DNA of 64,000 nt from positions 4,490 through 68,489 of the forward strand of contig DASSBR010000031.1 in NCBI GenBank assembly GCA_035698525.1. The letters are read 5' to 3'. Source of the stretch: Gammaproteobacteria bacterium (GTDB lineage: Bacteria > Pseudomonadota > Gammaproteobacteria > Natronospirales > DASSBR01). Below, piece after piece: positions 1 through 14,107 of this stretch. Positions within the stretch are counted from its first letter, which is position 1. Each line of letters starts with the position of its first letter. A program made the translations under genes and the position numbers. Below the pieces are notes generated by a model. The model saw nothing but the letters and a program-made list of their open reading frames with translations, searched no databases and was not told the DNA's origin.

Positions 1-576
1 GTCGACGACATGATCTTCAATGTTTGGGGCGGCGCCATGCGTCTGACCGGAAATCAGGTTGATCGCCCCCGGCGTGGACGGGCCGAAGGTCGAGCCGAAT
101 GAGTTGTCGCTAATCGCGAAATGCTGCGCGTAGTTCCACAATGCCGTGACGGTATTGCCGTCGTAATAGCCCATCACGAGTGTCGGGTCGCAGTCGGGCC
201 CGGCGTGCTTGCGCGCGACCGGCAAAAAGCGGTCGACGAGTCCGCCGTGGTAGGCGTATTGCTCGGCGGTGTAATGATGGTCCTGGTCGCACGTCACCGC
301 CTGGTCGCGGTCCAGCCGGAACGGCGCCACGCCATTCGGATTGTTCGCGATCAGCTCGTGCGTGAGGCCATTGACGCCGGGCGTGCCCGGCAGCGCATGA
401 AACGGCGGCTCGTTCGGCGGATTGGCCGCGTGCGGATAGGTGCCGAAGTAGTGATCAAACGAGACGTTCTCCTGAAAGATCACCACCAGATGCCTGATCG
501 GGGTGCGCGTGGAAATCGGCGCAGCGGACGCCGCGCCCGCCGCCAGCAATGCCATCGCAACAAGCAGCTGCTTCAT
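1..576 (-). CDS. Phosphoesterase family protein (acid phosphatase AcpA / phospholipase C family), N-terminal part; the 3' end runs off the window
   Basis: My own translation from the ATG at 576-574 gives MKQLLVAMALLAAGGAASAAP (signal peptide) followed by HLVVIFQENVSFDHYFGTYP, the N-terminal hallmark of this family. The frame stays open to position 1. It is absent from the ORF track because it is truncated by the window edge. Confidence 0.8.
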   Translation of the reverse strand, partial: MKQLLVAMALLAAGAASAAPISTRTPIRHLVVIFQENVSFDHYFGTYPHAANPPNEPPFHALPGTPGVNGLTHELIANNPNGVAPFRLDRDQAVTCDQDHHYTAEQYAYHGGLVDRFLPVARKHAGPDCDPTLVMGYYDGNTVTALWNYAQHFAISDNSFGSTFGPSTPGAINLISGQTHGAAPNIEDHVVD

Positions 577-730
577 ACTGCCCTTCCCATAGCGTCGAAG
601 CCGACATCATGCTGGGCGCAGCGGAAGGCTGCAACTCATCGAAGACGAACAGACCCGGTGGGCGGGCTGGAGTTTGCTACGCCACAACGGTATGCTCCAC
701 CGCTTTATGAGGTAACCGGATAGGCAGCAT

Positions 731-2302
731 ATGGGTTTTGCGGCCAGGTTGATTCGTCGCAAGTCAGTGGAGCAACTGCAGGCCGAGGCGGGTCAAAGCC
801 GGGATTTTCGCCGCACCATGGGCGTCTGGCAACTGACCGCGATCGGCGTCGGCGCGATCGTCGGCGTCGGCGTGTTCGTGCTGGCGCCGCACCAGGCCGC
901 GCTGAACGCCGGCCCGGCCATCGTCATCAGCTTTTTGATCGCCGGCTTCGGCAGCGCCTGCGCCGCGATGTCATACGCCGAGTTCGCCGGCATGATTCCC
1001 GTTACCGGCAGCGCCTACACGTACGGCTATGCGGTGCTCGGCGAACTGCCGGCATGGATCATCGGCTGGGACCTGCTGATCGAATATGCGCTGATCGTCG
1101 GCGTGGTGGCAGCCGGCTCGTCCAATTATCTGCAGGCGCTGATTGCGCAGATCACCGGCTGGCATCTGCCGGTCGCGTTGCAAGGCGCGTACGACCCGGC
1201 ACATCCGGGCGGCGGCGAGGTTTTCAACCTGATCGCGGCCGTGATCGCACTCGCCATCGCCTGGCTGCAAACCCGGCGCACGCAAATGGGCGCGCGCTTC
1301 AATACGGTGGTGGTGACGATGAAGGTGATTGGCGTCATCGCCGTCGTCTGCGTCGGGGTGTTCTATGTCGATCCGGCCAACTGGACGCCGTTCGTGCCGC
1401 ACACAATCGGCCAGACTGGCGGCGCAACCAGCTACGGCTGGAGCGGTGTGCTCGCGGCCTCCAGCATCGTCTTCTTCGCCGTTTTCGGCTATGACACGCT
1501 GACGACCGCCGCCGAAGAATCGAAACACCCGCAACGCGATCTGCCGCTGGCGGTCGTCGCATCGCTGGCTATCTCAATGGCCATGTACCTGGCAATTTCG
1601 CTGGTGCTCACGGGCATGGTGCCTTACAACGCCTGCGCCGGCGGGGGCGTGGCCGGCCATTGCCAAAGCATGATTCTGAGCGACCCGGCGCCGGTCAGCG
1701 CGGTATTCCAGGCACGCGGCCTCAACTGGGTCAGCGGCGTGATCAACGTCGCGGCCGTCTGCGGCATCATCAGCGTCGTGTTCGCCTTCATGCTGGGCGC
1801 GGCGCGCATCTGGTTTGCGCTGTCGCGCGACGGCCTGCTGCCGGGGTGGTTCGCGAAGCCGCATCCGAAGCACGGCACGCCACACCGCCCGACGTGGGCT
1901 CTCGGCATTTTCACGGCGGCCGTCGCCGGTGTGCTGCCGATCCGCGAAATTGCGGAACTGGTCAATATCGGCACCTTGAGCGCCTTCATATTGATTTGCG
2001 CCTCAGTGCTGATCTTGCGCATCCGGCGGCCGGACCTCGAGCGCCGCTTCCGCACACCGGTGCTGTGGCTGCTCGCGCCGCTGGGCATTGTCTTTTCGCT
2101 GTTCCTGATCATCGGGTGGCCCTGGGCCGGTGACGACGGTTTGCGCCTGATCGGCGGCCTGCCCTTCGTCACCATTGCCCGGTTCCTCGTCTGGATGGCG
2201 ATCGGCCTGGCGATCTATTTCGGCTACGGGATGCGACACAGCGAGCTCGGCGCCGGAAACCGGCGAACAAGCCGAGACGTTCGCGGCGCAGCCGAGCCGT
2301 AA
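731..2302 (+). CDS. APC-superfamily amino acid permease (cationic amino-acid transporter-like)
   Basis: 523-aa ORF with about 12-14 hydrophobic segments. The N-terminal region WQLTAIGVGAIVGVGVFVL...GPAIVISFLIAG...YAEFAGMIPVTGSAYTY is typical of APC permeases. Confidence 0.9.
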   Translation: MGFAARLIRRKSVEQLQAEAGQSRDFRRTMGVWQLTAIGVGAIVGVGVFVLAPHQAALNAGPAIVISFLIAGFGSACAAMSYAEFAGMIPVTGSAYTYGYAVLGELPAWIIGWDLLIEYALIVGVVAAGSSNYLQALIAQITGWHLPVALQGAYDPAHPGGGEVFNLIAAVIALAIAWLQTRRTQMGARFNTVVVTMKVIGVIAVVCVGVFYVDPANWTPFVPHTIGQTGGATSYGWSGVLAASSIVFFAVFGYDTLTTAAEESKHPQRDLPLAVVASLAISMAMYLAISLVLTGMVPYNACAGGGVAGHCQSMILSDPAPVSAVFQARGLNWVSGVINVAAVCGIISVVFAFMLGAARIWFALSRDGLLPGWFAKPHPKHGTPHRPTWALGIFTAAVAGVLPIREIAELVNIGTLSAFILICASVLILRIRRPDLERRFRTPVLWLLAPLGIVFSLFLIIGWPWAGDDGLRLIGGLPFVTIARFLVWMAIGLAIYFGYGMRHSELGAGNRRTSRDVRGAAEP

Positions 2303-2337
2303 CCGGCCGAAACGACCGGCACGACTCGCATCGTCCG

Positions 2338-3054
2338 TCAGAACGTGAAGGCCAGGCCGACCATGATTGCCTGGGCCGTGTAGGCGCTATTGACAGACTG
2401 TCCCGCCGTCGTGGTGAACGTCGGCGAGTCGGCTTTGAAATAGCGCCAGTTGACGTCCAGCGCCAACTGCTGCGTCAGTTGCGACCGGAAACCCACCATG
2501 CCCTGGTAGGCCACGCCGCTGTCGACATCGTCCAGCACCGTGACGCCGGGTGTGCCGGGCCCCGCCACGGCCGCACCGTAGTGATGGAAGTCGATGCGGT
2601 CATAGCCGACGCCTACGCCGATGTAAGGGTCGAACCCGCTGCCCGGTGCAAAATCGTTGATGACGTTCAACATCAGGCTCCACACTTCGGTGTGGCCGTA
2701 CGGCTCGGCGAGACGCACTCTGCCCGTCGATGATCCGACCGGATTGAAGAATTGATCGTCGACGCCGTTGTTCCGGTAGCCGAGTTCGCCTTCGACGCGC
2801 AGGCTGCCGAGACTCCACTGGCTGAATTCATAGCCGGAACTCAGCAAGGCGACGTCACCATTGTTCGATTCGGTGGTGAAGCGACCACCGGGCAGGTCGA
2901 ACGCGTGCGAGTACAGATGCGATCGGCCAATTTGCAATTCCAGATAGGCGCCCTGGTCGTCGCCCCGGTCATCGGGATAGCCATTCTGTGCCACCGCCGC
3001 CAAAGGCGCGGCGGCCAGCATCGTTCCACATAGCATCATTGTCGTGATTTTCAT
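2338..3054 (-). CDS. Outer-membrane beta-barrel protein (OmpA-like/OmpW-like porin family)
   Basis: Signal peptide MKITTMMLCGTMLAAAPLAAVAQ, alternating aromatic/Gly beta-strand pattern and a C-terminal ...GLAFTF ending in Phe. An AGGAGG ribosome-binding site sits upstream (complement of 3061-3066). Confidence 0.75.
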   Translation of the reverse strand: MKITTMMLCGTMLAAAPLAAVAQNGYPDDRGDDQGAYLELQIGRSHLYSHAFDLPGGRFTTESNNGDVALLSSGYEFSQWSLGSLRVEGELGYRNNGVDDQFFNPVGSSTGRVRLAEPYGHTEVWSLMLNVINDFAPGSGFDPYIGVGVGYDRIDFHHYGAAVAGPGTPGVTVLDDVDSGVAYQGMVGFRSQLTQQLALDVNWRYFKADSPTFTTTAGQSVNSAYTAQAIMVGLAFTF

Positions 3055-3183
3055 CGCGAACCTCCTTGTTAGCCAAAGGAAATAGGGCGAATGGAGTGGG
3101 GAAATTCGCCACCAGCGCAGGATTGCGCTTAACGATTGCGTTCCATTATCCGAGCGCCGGCGGCACGGTCAAAGGATTCCGAC

Positions 3184-3199
3184 GGCAATCGCGATTGCC
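3184..3199. promoter_or_regulatory. Perfect 16-bp palindrome GGCAATCGCGATTGCC, candidate operator upstream of the OMP gene
   Basis: Read directly from the sequence. The half-site GATTGC also occurs twice as a direct repeat, GATTGCG at 3121-3127 and 3134-3140. That gives four copies of the hexamer within 80 nt, located 67-145 nt upstream of the OMP start codon. Confidence 0.3.
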
Positions 3200-3290
3200 A
3201 TCACACAGATGGAAAGGGCGTTACAGGGAGGCTTGTAAGCGATTAGGTGATGGCCCGCCAGTGCAATCCACGGGTCAATCCCCGGCAACC

Positions 3291-8152
<4,862 letters not shown>

Positions 8153-8156
<4 letters not shown>

Positions 8157-9697
8157 GAAATTGGATCCCTTTGCCGGCGGCGTCTGAAAATGGCTGCCAT
8201 AATGCCGCCGACAAGGATTCCCATCAAGGCCAGTATGAGCGGCCAGTCGCCGCTCAGCGCGTATGGCGTAGCGCCGGCGTACGGTCGAACCTTGCCGCTC
8301 AGCACACCGATCCGGTCGATCGGCAGGCGCTTGCGCACCTGCCCGTGCGGGCCGATGATCGCCGTGATGCCGGTATTGGTCGCGCGCAACATGACCCGGC
8401 CGGCCTCCAGCGCGCGCATCCGCGCGATCTGCAAATGCTGCGGCAGGGCGATGGAATCGCCGAACCATGCATCGTCGCTGACGTTAATCATCAGGTTGGC
8501 CTGCGGCAACATACGCATCAACTGGTCGCCGAACGCGTCTTCGTAGCAGATGGCAACGGCGGCGCGGAATCCGCCCAGGTCGAGCGGCGTCTGGCTGGAG
8601 CTGCCCGCCGTGAAGCTGGTGTACGGCAGACCCATTGCCTTGAGCCAGTTCCGAAACCACTGTGGTCCCGGGAAATATTCGCCGAACGGCACCAGGTGTT
8701 CCTTGAAGTAGAATTGAGGCTGTTTCCCGTTCAAGGCGACGACGGCGTTGTACGCGGCGTCACCGCGCGCGCGATACACCGGCACGCCCAGCACCAGTTC
8801 GCCGCCGTGGGCAACCACCTTGTCGGTGAGCGGCAGCAGATAGTCGACAGCGATGTCGCGCAACCAGTCGGGTATGGCAGTTTCCGGCCAGACAATCAGC
8901 CGGCTGTCCAGGTGCGCCAGGGTGAGCTTGCGGTAGCGCTCCAGCGAAGTGGTGAATGCCGCCGGGTTCCATTTGGTCGACTGCTCGACGTTGCCCTGAA
9001 TCAGGGTAACCTTGAATGGCGGCCCGGCTGGATGGGTCCAATTGACCGCGCGCAACCAGAAGCCGAGCGTCCAGACGAGAATGAGTGCGGCCAGCGCCAG
9101 CATGCGCTGCTGGCTCACGGCGCGTCCGCGCGCGGGAACGGCGATCAACGCCAGCAGCCCGGCGGTCAATGCAACGGTCCAGCCAATGCCGAACACGCCG
9201 GCGATAGGGCCGAAGCCCGCGAGCGGCGAATCGGTCTGGCTGTAGCCGGCGGAGAGCCATGGAAAACCGGATAGGATCCAGCTCCGCACCCACTCGATCA
9301 GTGCCCACAGTGCCGGCAATGCAACCAGGTAGCGCAGCCAGCCCCGCGCCGGCGCAAGGTACGCTGCGGCCCACAGCACGGAAGCCGAAAACACACCCAT
9401 TGCCGACACCAGCAGCACGAGCATCCCGATGGCCAGCCACAGGTCTGCGCCGCCGATCAAATGGATGCTGATGTAGATCCAGTAGACGCCGAAGGCGAAC
9501 TCGGCCACGCCGAACAGCCAACCGAGCAAAAAAGCGCGTTGCGGGCGCTGGTTTTCGGCCAGGTAAAACAGCGCCGCGAGCGTCAGCGGCATCAGCGGAA
9601 AAAGGCCGAAAGGGGCGAACGCCAGCACGGCTATCGCCCCCAGCGCCAGCGCGGCTACGGGCAGAAATACCCCGCGGGGTTGCAAAACGATCTGCAT
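8153..9697 (-). CDS. lnt: Apolipoprotein N-acyltransferase
   Basis: N-terminal transmembrane block plus a C-N hydrolase domain (catalytic Cys context VAICYEDAFG). It sits in the conserved lnt-corC-ybeY-phoH-miaB cluster. The start is chosen at MQIVLQ (ATG 9697-9695, giving about 514 aa); the ORF-track start at 9799 would overlap corC. Confidence 0.9.
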
Positions 9698-9788
9698 CAA
9701 GCGCGGGACAAGCAATCTTCCGCGGTGCGCTTGCCAGCCCGCACTTCCTGTGCGGCCGTTCGGCGGGGCGAAGCGGCGCTCCGTCTCA

Positions 9789-10637
9789 TCACGCCTCACC
9801 CAGCGTCACTTCCAGCAAATAAATCCGCCGACTGTCGGCGCGAATGACTTTGAATCGACATGGCCCCAGCGTTGTTATTTCCCCGCGCCTCGGCATGTGC
9901 GCGAAGCTATGCATGACCAGTCCGCCGACGGTATCGAACTCGTCGTCGCTGAACGCGGTGCCGAACTCCTCGTTGAAATCCTCGACCGGTGTCAGCGCCT
10001 TGACCGTGAAGCGACGATCGTTGTGGCGCACAATCTGTGCCTCGTCATCGACATCGTGCTCATCGTCTATTTCGCCGACGATCTGCTCGATCACATCCTC
10101 GATAGTGACAAGCCCGGCGACGCCGCCATACTCATCGGCGACGACGGCCATGTGATAGCGGCTGGCGCGAAATTCCTTCAGCAGCATATTGAGCCGCTTG
10201 CTCTCCGGAATGAACGGCGCCGGGCGCAAGTATTCGTGGACGCTGAACGACGCGTCGGCGGGCTCGGTGAAGTGGCGCAACAAGTCCTTGGCGAGCACAA
10301 TGCCGACGATTTCGTCGCGGCTGTCGCCAATCACCGGAAACCGCGAATGGCCGGATTCGATGATTACCGGCAGGAGTTCGGCGAGCGGCGCGTCCTTTTC
10401 GATCACCACCATTTGCGCGCGCGGCACCATGACGTCGCGCACCTGCATGTCGGCAACTTCGAGTACGCCTTCAAGCATCGCCAGCGCGTCGGCGTCGAAC
10501 AGCTCGCGCTGCTCGGCGTCGCGCAACAATTCCAGCAGTTCCTCGCGGTCGCGAGGTTCGCCGGCGAAAGCCTGGCCCAGGCGTTCAAACCAGGACCGGC
10601 CTTGCGCCGGCTGGGTACTAGGGTCGTCGTCGGCCAT
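9789..10637 (-). CDS. corC: CBS-pair / CorC_HlyC domain Mg2+/Co2+ efflux-associated protein
   Basis: 282 aa with tandem CBS motifs (VRDVMVPRAQMVVI..., GHSRFPVIGD) and a C-terminal transporter-associated domain. The position between lnt and ybeY is conserved. Confidence 0.9.
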   Translation of the reverse strand: MADDDPSTQPAQGRSWFERLGQAFAGEPRDREELLELLRDAEQRELFDADALAMLEGVLEVADMQVRDVMVPRAQMVVIEKDAPLAELLPVIIESGHSRFPVIGDSRDEIVGIVLAKDLLRHFTEPADASFSVHEYLRPAPFIPESKRLNMLLKEFRASRYHMAVVADEYGGVAGLVTIEDVIEQIVGEIDDEHDVDDEAQIVRHNDRRFTVKALTPVEDFNEEFGTAFSDDEFDTVGGLVMHSFAHMPRRGEITTLGPCRFKVIRADSRRIYLLEVTLGEA

Positions 10638-10703
10638 TCAGGATGTCGTTCTCTGGCTCAAAAAGGCATTCTACCCGAGAAACAGGGGGGCGTAGGACGG
10701 CGT

Positions 10704-11171
10704 CTATTCCGGGCCATGTTCCGCAGTATAAGGGTCTTTATACCCCAGTTCCGCCAGAATATGCGTTTCCAGCCCTTCCATCACCGCCGCTTCGGCATCG
10801 TCCTGATGATCGTAGCCGATCAGGTGCAGCACGCCATGCACGGTGAGGTGCGCCCAATGTGCTTCGACCGTCTTGTTCTGCGCCGCGGCTTCTGACTCGA
10901 CCACCGGACCGCAGATGACCAGGTCGCCGATCAGCGGCAGCTCGATCCCGGGAGGCAGATCGGCCGGAAAGGACAGCACGTTCGTCGGCCCCTCGCGACC
11001 GCGATAACGCAGGTTGAGCGCCGCGCCTTCGTCGCGATCCACGACGAGTACGGACACTTCGGCCGCATCGCGGCGACCGGTCAATGCCGCCGCCGCCCAG
11101 CGGCTGAATTCACCTTCGTCCGGCGCCCGACCCTCGGCCCACGCGGACTCGACGTGAACGTCAATCGCCAT
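10704..11171 (-). CDS. ybeY: Endoribonuclease YbeY (16S rRNA maturation)
   Basis: Zinc motif HGVLHLIGYDH. The start MAIDVHV (ATG 11171-11169) overlaps the phoH stop by 11 nt. Confidence 0.9.
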   Translation of the reverse strand: MAIDVHVESAWAEGRAPDEGEFSRWAAAALTGRRDAAEVSVLVVDRDEGAALNLRYRGREGPTNVLSFPADLPPGIELPLIGDLVICGPVVESEAAAQNKTVEAHWAHLTVHGVLHLIGYDHQDDAEAAVMEGLETHILAELGYKDPYTAEHGPE

Positions 11172-12126
11172 TCGATTTGTTTTCGTACGCGGTGACGATG
11201 CGCTGCACCAGCGGATGGCGCACGACATCCTGGGCGCTGAAGAACGTAAAACTGATGCCCTCGACGTCCTTCAGCACTTCAACGGCGTCGCGCAGACCGG
11301 AACGCTGTCGCGACGGCAGATCGATCTGCGTCACGTCGCCATTGACGACCGCGCGCGAGCCGAAACCGATGCGGGTCAGGAACATTTTCATCTGCTCGAC
11401 GGTCGTGTTCTGCGCTTCGTCGAGAATCACGAACGCTTCGTTGAGCGTGCGCCCGCGCATGTAGGCAAGCGGTGCAACTTCGATGATCTGGCGTTCGATC
11501 AGCCGCGCGACTTTCTCGAACCCCATCATCTCGTAAAGCGCATCGTAAATCGGGCGCAGGTAGGGATCGACCTTCTGCGCCAGGTCGCCGGGCAGAAAGC
11601 CCAGCCGCTCGCCGGCTTCGACGGCCGGGCGCACCAGTACCAGGCGCCGGACTTCATCGCGCTCCAGCGACTCGACGGCGCTCGCGACGGCCAGGTACGT
11701 TTTCCCGGTGCCGGCCGGGCCGATGCCGAAGTTGAGGTCGTGACGCTGAATGCGATTGAGATAGCGCCGCTGGTTCGCCCCGCGCCCGCGGATGCGTCCG
11801 CGGCGCGTCTGGATGACGACATCGTCGTCGCCCCCCTCGCCGCTGTCGCCGGCGCCGTCGGCCGCCGTGTTTTCACGCAGCGCCAGGTGAATGCGCTGCG
11901 GATCGAGGCCATGCTCCGCGGCATCCGCGTAAAGCGACTTGAGTACGGTCTCGGCAGCCTCGACCGCGCGCGGGTCGCCGATGAGGCGGAAGTGATTGCC
12001 GCGATTGTTGATTTCGACGCCGAGACGCTGTTCGACCAACCGCAGGTGCTGATCGAATTCGCCGCACAGATTGGCGAGCCGGGCGTTGTCGGCCGGCTCC
12101 AGGGTGAGATCGCGAGACTCAGGCAA
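11161..12126 (-). CDS. phoH: PhoH-family ATPase (YbeZ)
   Basis: Walker [14 protein letters not shown], 321 aa, in the conserved miaB-phoH-ybeY context. Confidence 0.93.
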   Translation of the reverse strand: MPESRDLTLEPADNARLANLCGEFDQHLRLVEQRLGVEINNRGNHFRLIGDPRAVEAAETVLKSLYADAAEHGLDPQRIHLALRENTAADGAGDSGEGGDDDVVIQTRRGRIRGRGANQRRYLNRIQRHDLNFGIGPAGTGKTYLAVASAVESLERDEVRRLVLVRPAVEAGERLGFLPGDLAQKVDPYLRPIYDALYEMMGFEKVARLIERQIIEVAPLAYMRGRTLNEAFVILDEAQNTTVEQMKMFLTRIGFGSRAVVNGDVTQIDLPSRQRSGLRDAVEVLKDVEGISFTFFSAQDVVRHPLVQRIVTAYENKSNGD

Positions 12127-13456
12127 CGGCTTTGGTCATGACACGACCGCGCAACGAGTTGGGCAGCGCTTCGGTAATGGCGACGTCCACGAACTGGCCG
12201 ATCATCACGGCGTCGCCGGCAAAATTGACGACCCGGTTGCATTCGGTCCGGCCGGCCAACTCGCGCGGATTCTTCGTCGACGGCCGCTCGACGAGAATGC
12301 GCTGGACCGTGCCGACGAGCCGCTGCTTGTAAGCTTCGCCGTATTCCTGAATGCGCGCCTGCAGGTGTTGCAGCCGCCGCTTCTTCTCGTCCGCGCCGGT
12401 GTCGTCGGGGTAGCCGGCCGCCGGCGTACCGGGGCGGGCGCTATAGATAAAGCTGAATGCCTGGTCGAACTGCACGGCGTCGATCAGCGCCATGGTCTTG
12501 TCGAAGTCGGTTTCGGTTTCACCGGGGAAGCCGACGATGAAGTCGGACGACAGGCTGATATCGGGCCGCACCGCGCGCAGTTTGCGAATTTTCGACTTGA
12601 ATTCGAGCGCCGTATGGCCGCGCTTCATTGCGGCCAGAATGCGGTCGGAGCCGCTTTGCACAGGCAGGTGCAGATAGTTCGCCAGTTCGGGCACATCGGC
12701 AAACGCTTCGATCAGGCTGTCGGAAAATTCGAGCGGGTGCGAAGTGGTAAAGCGAATCCGGTCGATGCCGTCGACCGCCGCGACGTAACGAATCAGCAGC
12801 GCGAGGTCGGCGGGTTCGCCGGCCGGCGTCTGGCCGCGGTAGCCGTTGACGTTCTGGCCGAGCAGCGTGACTTCGCGCACGCCCTGCTCGGCCAGATCGA
12901 CGATTTCGGTGATGACTTCGTCGAACGGCCGACTGACTTCCATGCCGCGGGTGTACGGCACGACGCAGTAGGTGCAGTATTTGCTGCAACCTTCCATGAT
13001 CGAGACGAAGGCGGTCGGGCCTTCGGCGCGCGGCGCGGGCAGATGATCGAACTTTTCGATTTCCGGAAAGCTGATGTCGACGGCGGCGCGGCCGGTGTTG
13101 CGCGCCTTGGCCAGCAGCGCCGGCAGGCGGTGCAGGGTCTGCGGGCCGAAGACGACGTCCACCAGCGGCGCACGCGCGGCCAGCGCCTCGCCTTCCTGGC
13201 TCGCGACACACCCGCCGACGCCGATCATCCGGCCCGGCCGAGCGGCTTTCCAGTCGTGCCAGCGGCCAAGATACGAGAAGACTTTCTCCTGAGCCTTCTC
13301 GCGAATCGAGCAGGTGTTGAGCAGCATCAAATCCGCTTCGTCGGGTTCGGCGGTGAGTTCGTAGCCTTCGGATGCGTGCAATACGTCGGCCATTTTGGCC
13401 GAATCGTACTCATTCATCTGACAGCCGAATGTCTTTATATACAGCTTCGCGCTCAT
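12119..13456 (-). CDS. miaB: tRNA-2-methylthio-N6-dimethylallyladenosine synthase
   Basis: N-terminal MTTase motif ([12 protein letters not shown]), radical-SAM motif [11 protein letters not shown] and a C-terminal TRAM domain. Confidence 0.95.
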   Translation of the reverse strand: MSAKLYIKTFGCQMNEYDSAKMADVLHASEGYELTAEPDEADLMLLNTCSIREKAQEKVFSYLGRWHDWKAARPGRMIGVGGCVASQEGEALAARAPLVDVVFGPQTLHRLPALLAKARNTGRAAVDISFPEIEKFDHLPAPRAEGPTAFVSIMEGCSKYCTYCVVPYTRGMEVSRPFDEVITEIVDLAEQGVREVTLLGQNVNGYRGQTPAGEPADLALLIRYVAAVDGIDRIRFTTSHPLEFSDSLIEAFADVPELANYLHLPVQSGSDRILAAMKRGHTALEFKSKIRKLRAVRPDISLSSDFIVGFPGETETDFDKTMALIDAVQFDQAFSFIYSARPGTPAAGYPDDTGADEKKRRLQHLQARIQEYGEAYKQRLVGTVQRILVERPSTKNPRELAGRTECNRVVNFAGDAVMIGQFVDVAITEALPNSLRGRVMTKAVA

Positions 13457-13514
13457 GTTGCGAAGCTTACCGTTAACGTCCGTCGGTTTCTACAGCCGCG
13501 ATCAAAAATGGGCT

Positions 13515-13543
13515 TTGAACGCGGCCGGGACTTGAGCTATGAT
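13515..13543 (+). promoter_or_regulatory. Sigma70-type promoter candidate for fis (TTGAAC-17 nt-TATGAT)
   Basis: -35 element TTGAAC at 13515-13520, a 17-nt spacer and -10 element TATGAT at 13538-13543, about 65 nt upstream of the fis ATG. This is a motif match only. Confidence 0.45.
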
Positions 13544-13608
13544 CGTTCCCCTTCTCTGCATCCGGCCACGGGGTGCGACAAGGGATTTCGCGAGGATTTT
13601 TGCAAGCC

Positions 13609-13884
13609 ATGAATGATGCTGCTCAAGGGGGAAATGCCGCGCATCGCGCCAACCACGCCTGTCTTCGCGATCAAACCAAACAAGCTTTGAAGAAGTATTT
13701 CAACGACCTGAACGGTCACGGCGCCGAAGACGTTTACGCGATGGTGCTCGGCGAAATCGAGCCGCCGTTGCTGGAGGTCACGATGCAGTATTGCCGTGGC
13801 AATCAGTCGCGCGCCGCGGCGTTGCTGGGCATCAGCCGCAGCACCTTGCGGAAGAAATTGCAGGCTTATCAGATTGACCTTTGA
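13609..13884 (+). CDS. fis: Fis-family DNA-binding protein
   Basis: The sequence ...QALKKYFNDLNGHGAEDVYAMVLGEIEPPLLEVTMQYCRGNQSRAAALLGISRSTLRKKLQAY aligns closely with E. coli Fis, including the C-terminal helix-turn-helix. The start is chosen at the ATG at 13609 (91 aa); the ORF-track GTG at 13573 is an alternative. Confidence 0.88.
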   Translation: MNDAAQGGNAAHRANHACLRDQTKQALKKYFNDLNGHGAEDVYAMVLGEIEPPLLEVTMQYCRGNQSRAAALLGISRSTLRKKLQAYQIDL

Positions 13885-13916
13885 TTCGGTCGGTCGCGTC
13901 GTTTATTGGGGTCGGC

Positions 13917-14015
13917 CGGTCGTTTAGCTTCCCCAAGGGACGCCGTGAATACGTCCCTGTAGGCTCTGGGTTCGGCATCCTGCCACACACAGCCCTGGGT
14001 GAAGCTAAACGACCG
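13917..14015. repeat. Structured repeat copy 1: 59-nt conserved core (13937-13995) enclosed by copy-specific inverted-repeat arms
   Basis: The left arm cggtcgtttagcttc (13917-13931) pairs perfectly with gaagctaaacgaccg (14001-14015). The stem extends through CCC/GGG with a 1-nt bulge. The core is 56/59 identical to 54405-54463. Confidence 0.75.
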
Positions 14016-14069
14016 TCCGCCCTCGCGCCGCGCAGAGCTGCTTGCCTTGGATCGACGGCGTTTCTTGAC

Positions 14070-14102
14070 CCCTCTCCCCCAGGGAGAGGGTAGGGTGAGG
14101 GG
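14070..14102. repeat. GC-rich REP-type hairpin (ccctctccc-cca-gggagaggg) followed by tagggtgagggg
   Basis: 9-bp perfect stem 14070-14078/14082-14090 with a 3-nt loop. This CCCTCTCCC...GGGAGAGGG...GGGTGAGGG type of sequence is, to my recollection, a widespread proteobacterial intergenic repeat. It abuts the purH ribosome-binding site and start codon. Confidence 0.55.
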
Positions 14103-14107
14103 TGTTA

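Noticed and set aside
577-730. Possible amino-acid riboswitch or leader upstream of the APC permease
   Set aside because: I could not recognise any glycine, lysine or other riboswitch core sequences. It is most simply a divergent promoter region.
8157-8468. N-terminal 104 codons of the 688-aa ORF 6402..8468
   Set aside because: They overlap the 3' end of lnt in another frame and the translation (MVRRFHRPAAAFADRADARAGGRPG...) is not protein-like. A GTG at 8156 gives a clean GTGA junction with lnt.
13885-14107. ZTP (pfl) riboswitch upstream of purH
   Set aside because: purH is a classic ZTP-riboswitch target, so I looked for the conserved GGGUCGUGAC...UGGCG and 3' CCGCCUGGGCA elements. Only vague resemblances are present (gggacgccgtgaa, gccctgggtg). 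The second resemblance is not conserved in the other repeat copy, which is not next to a purine gene.
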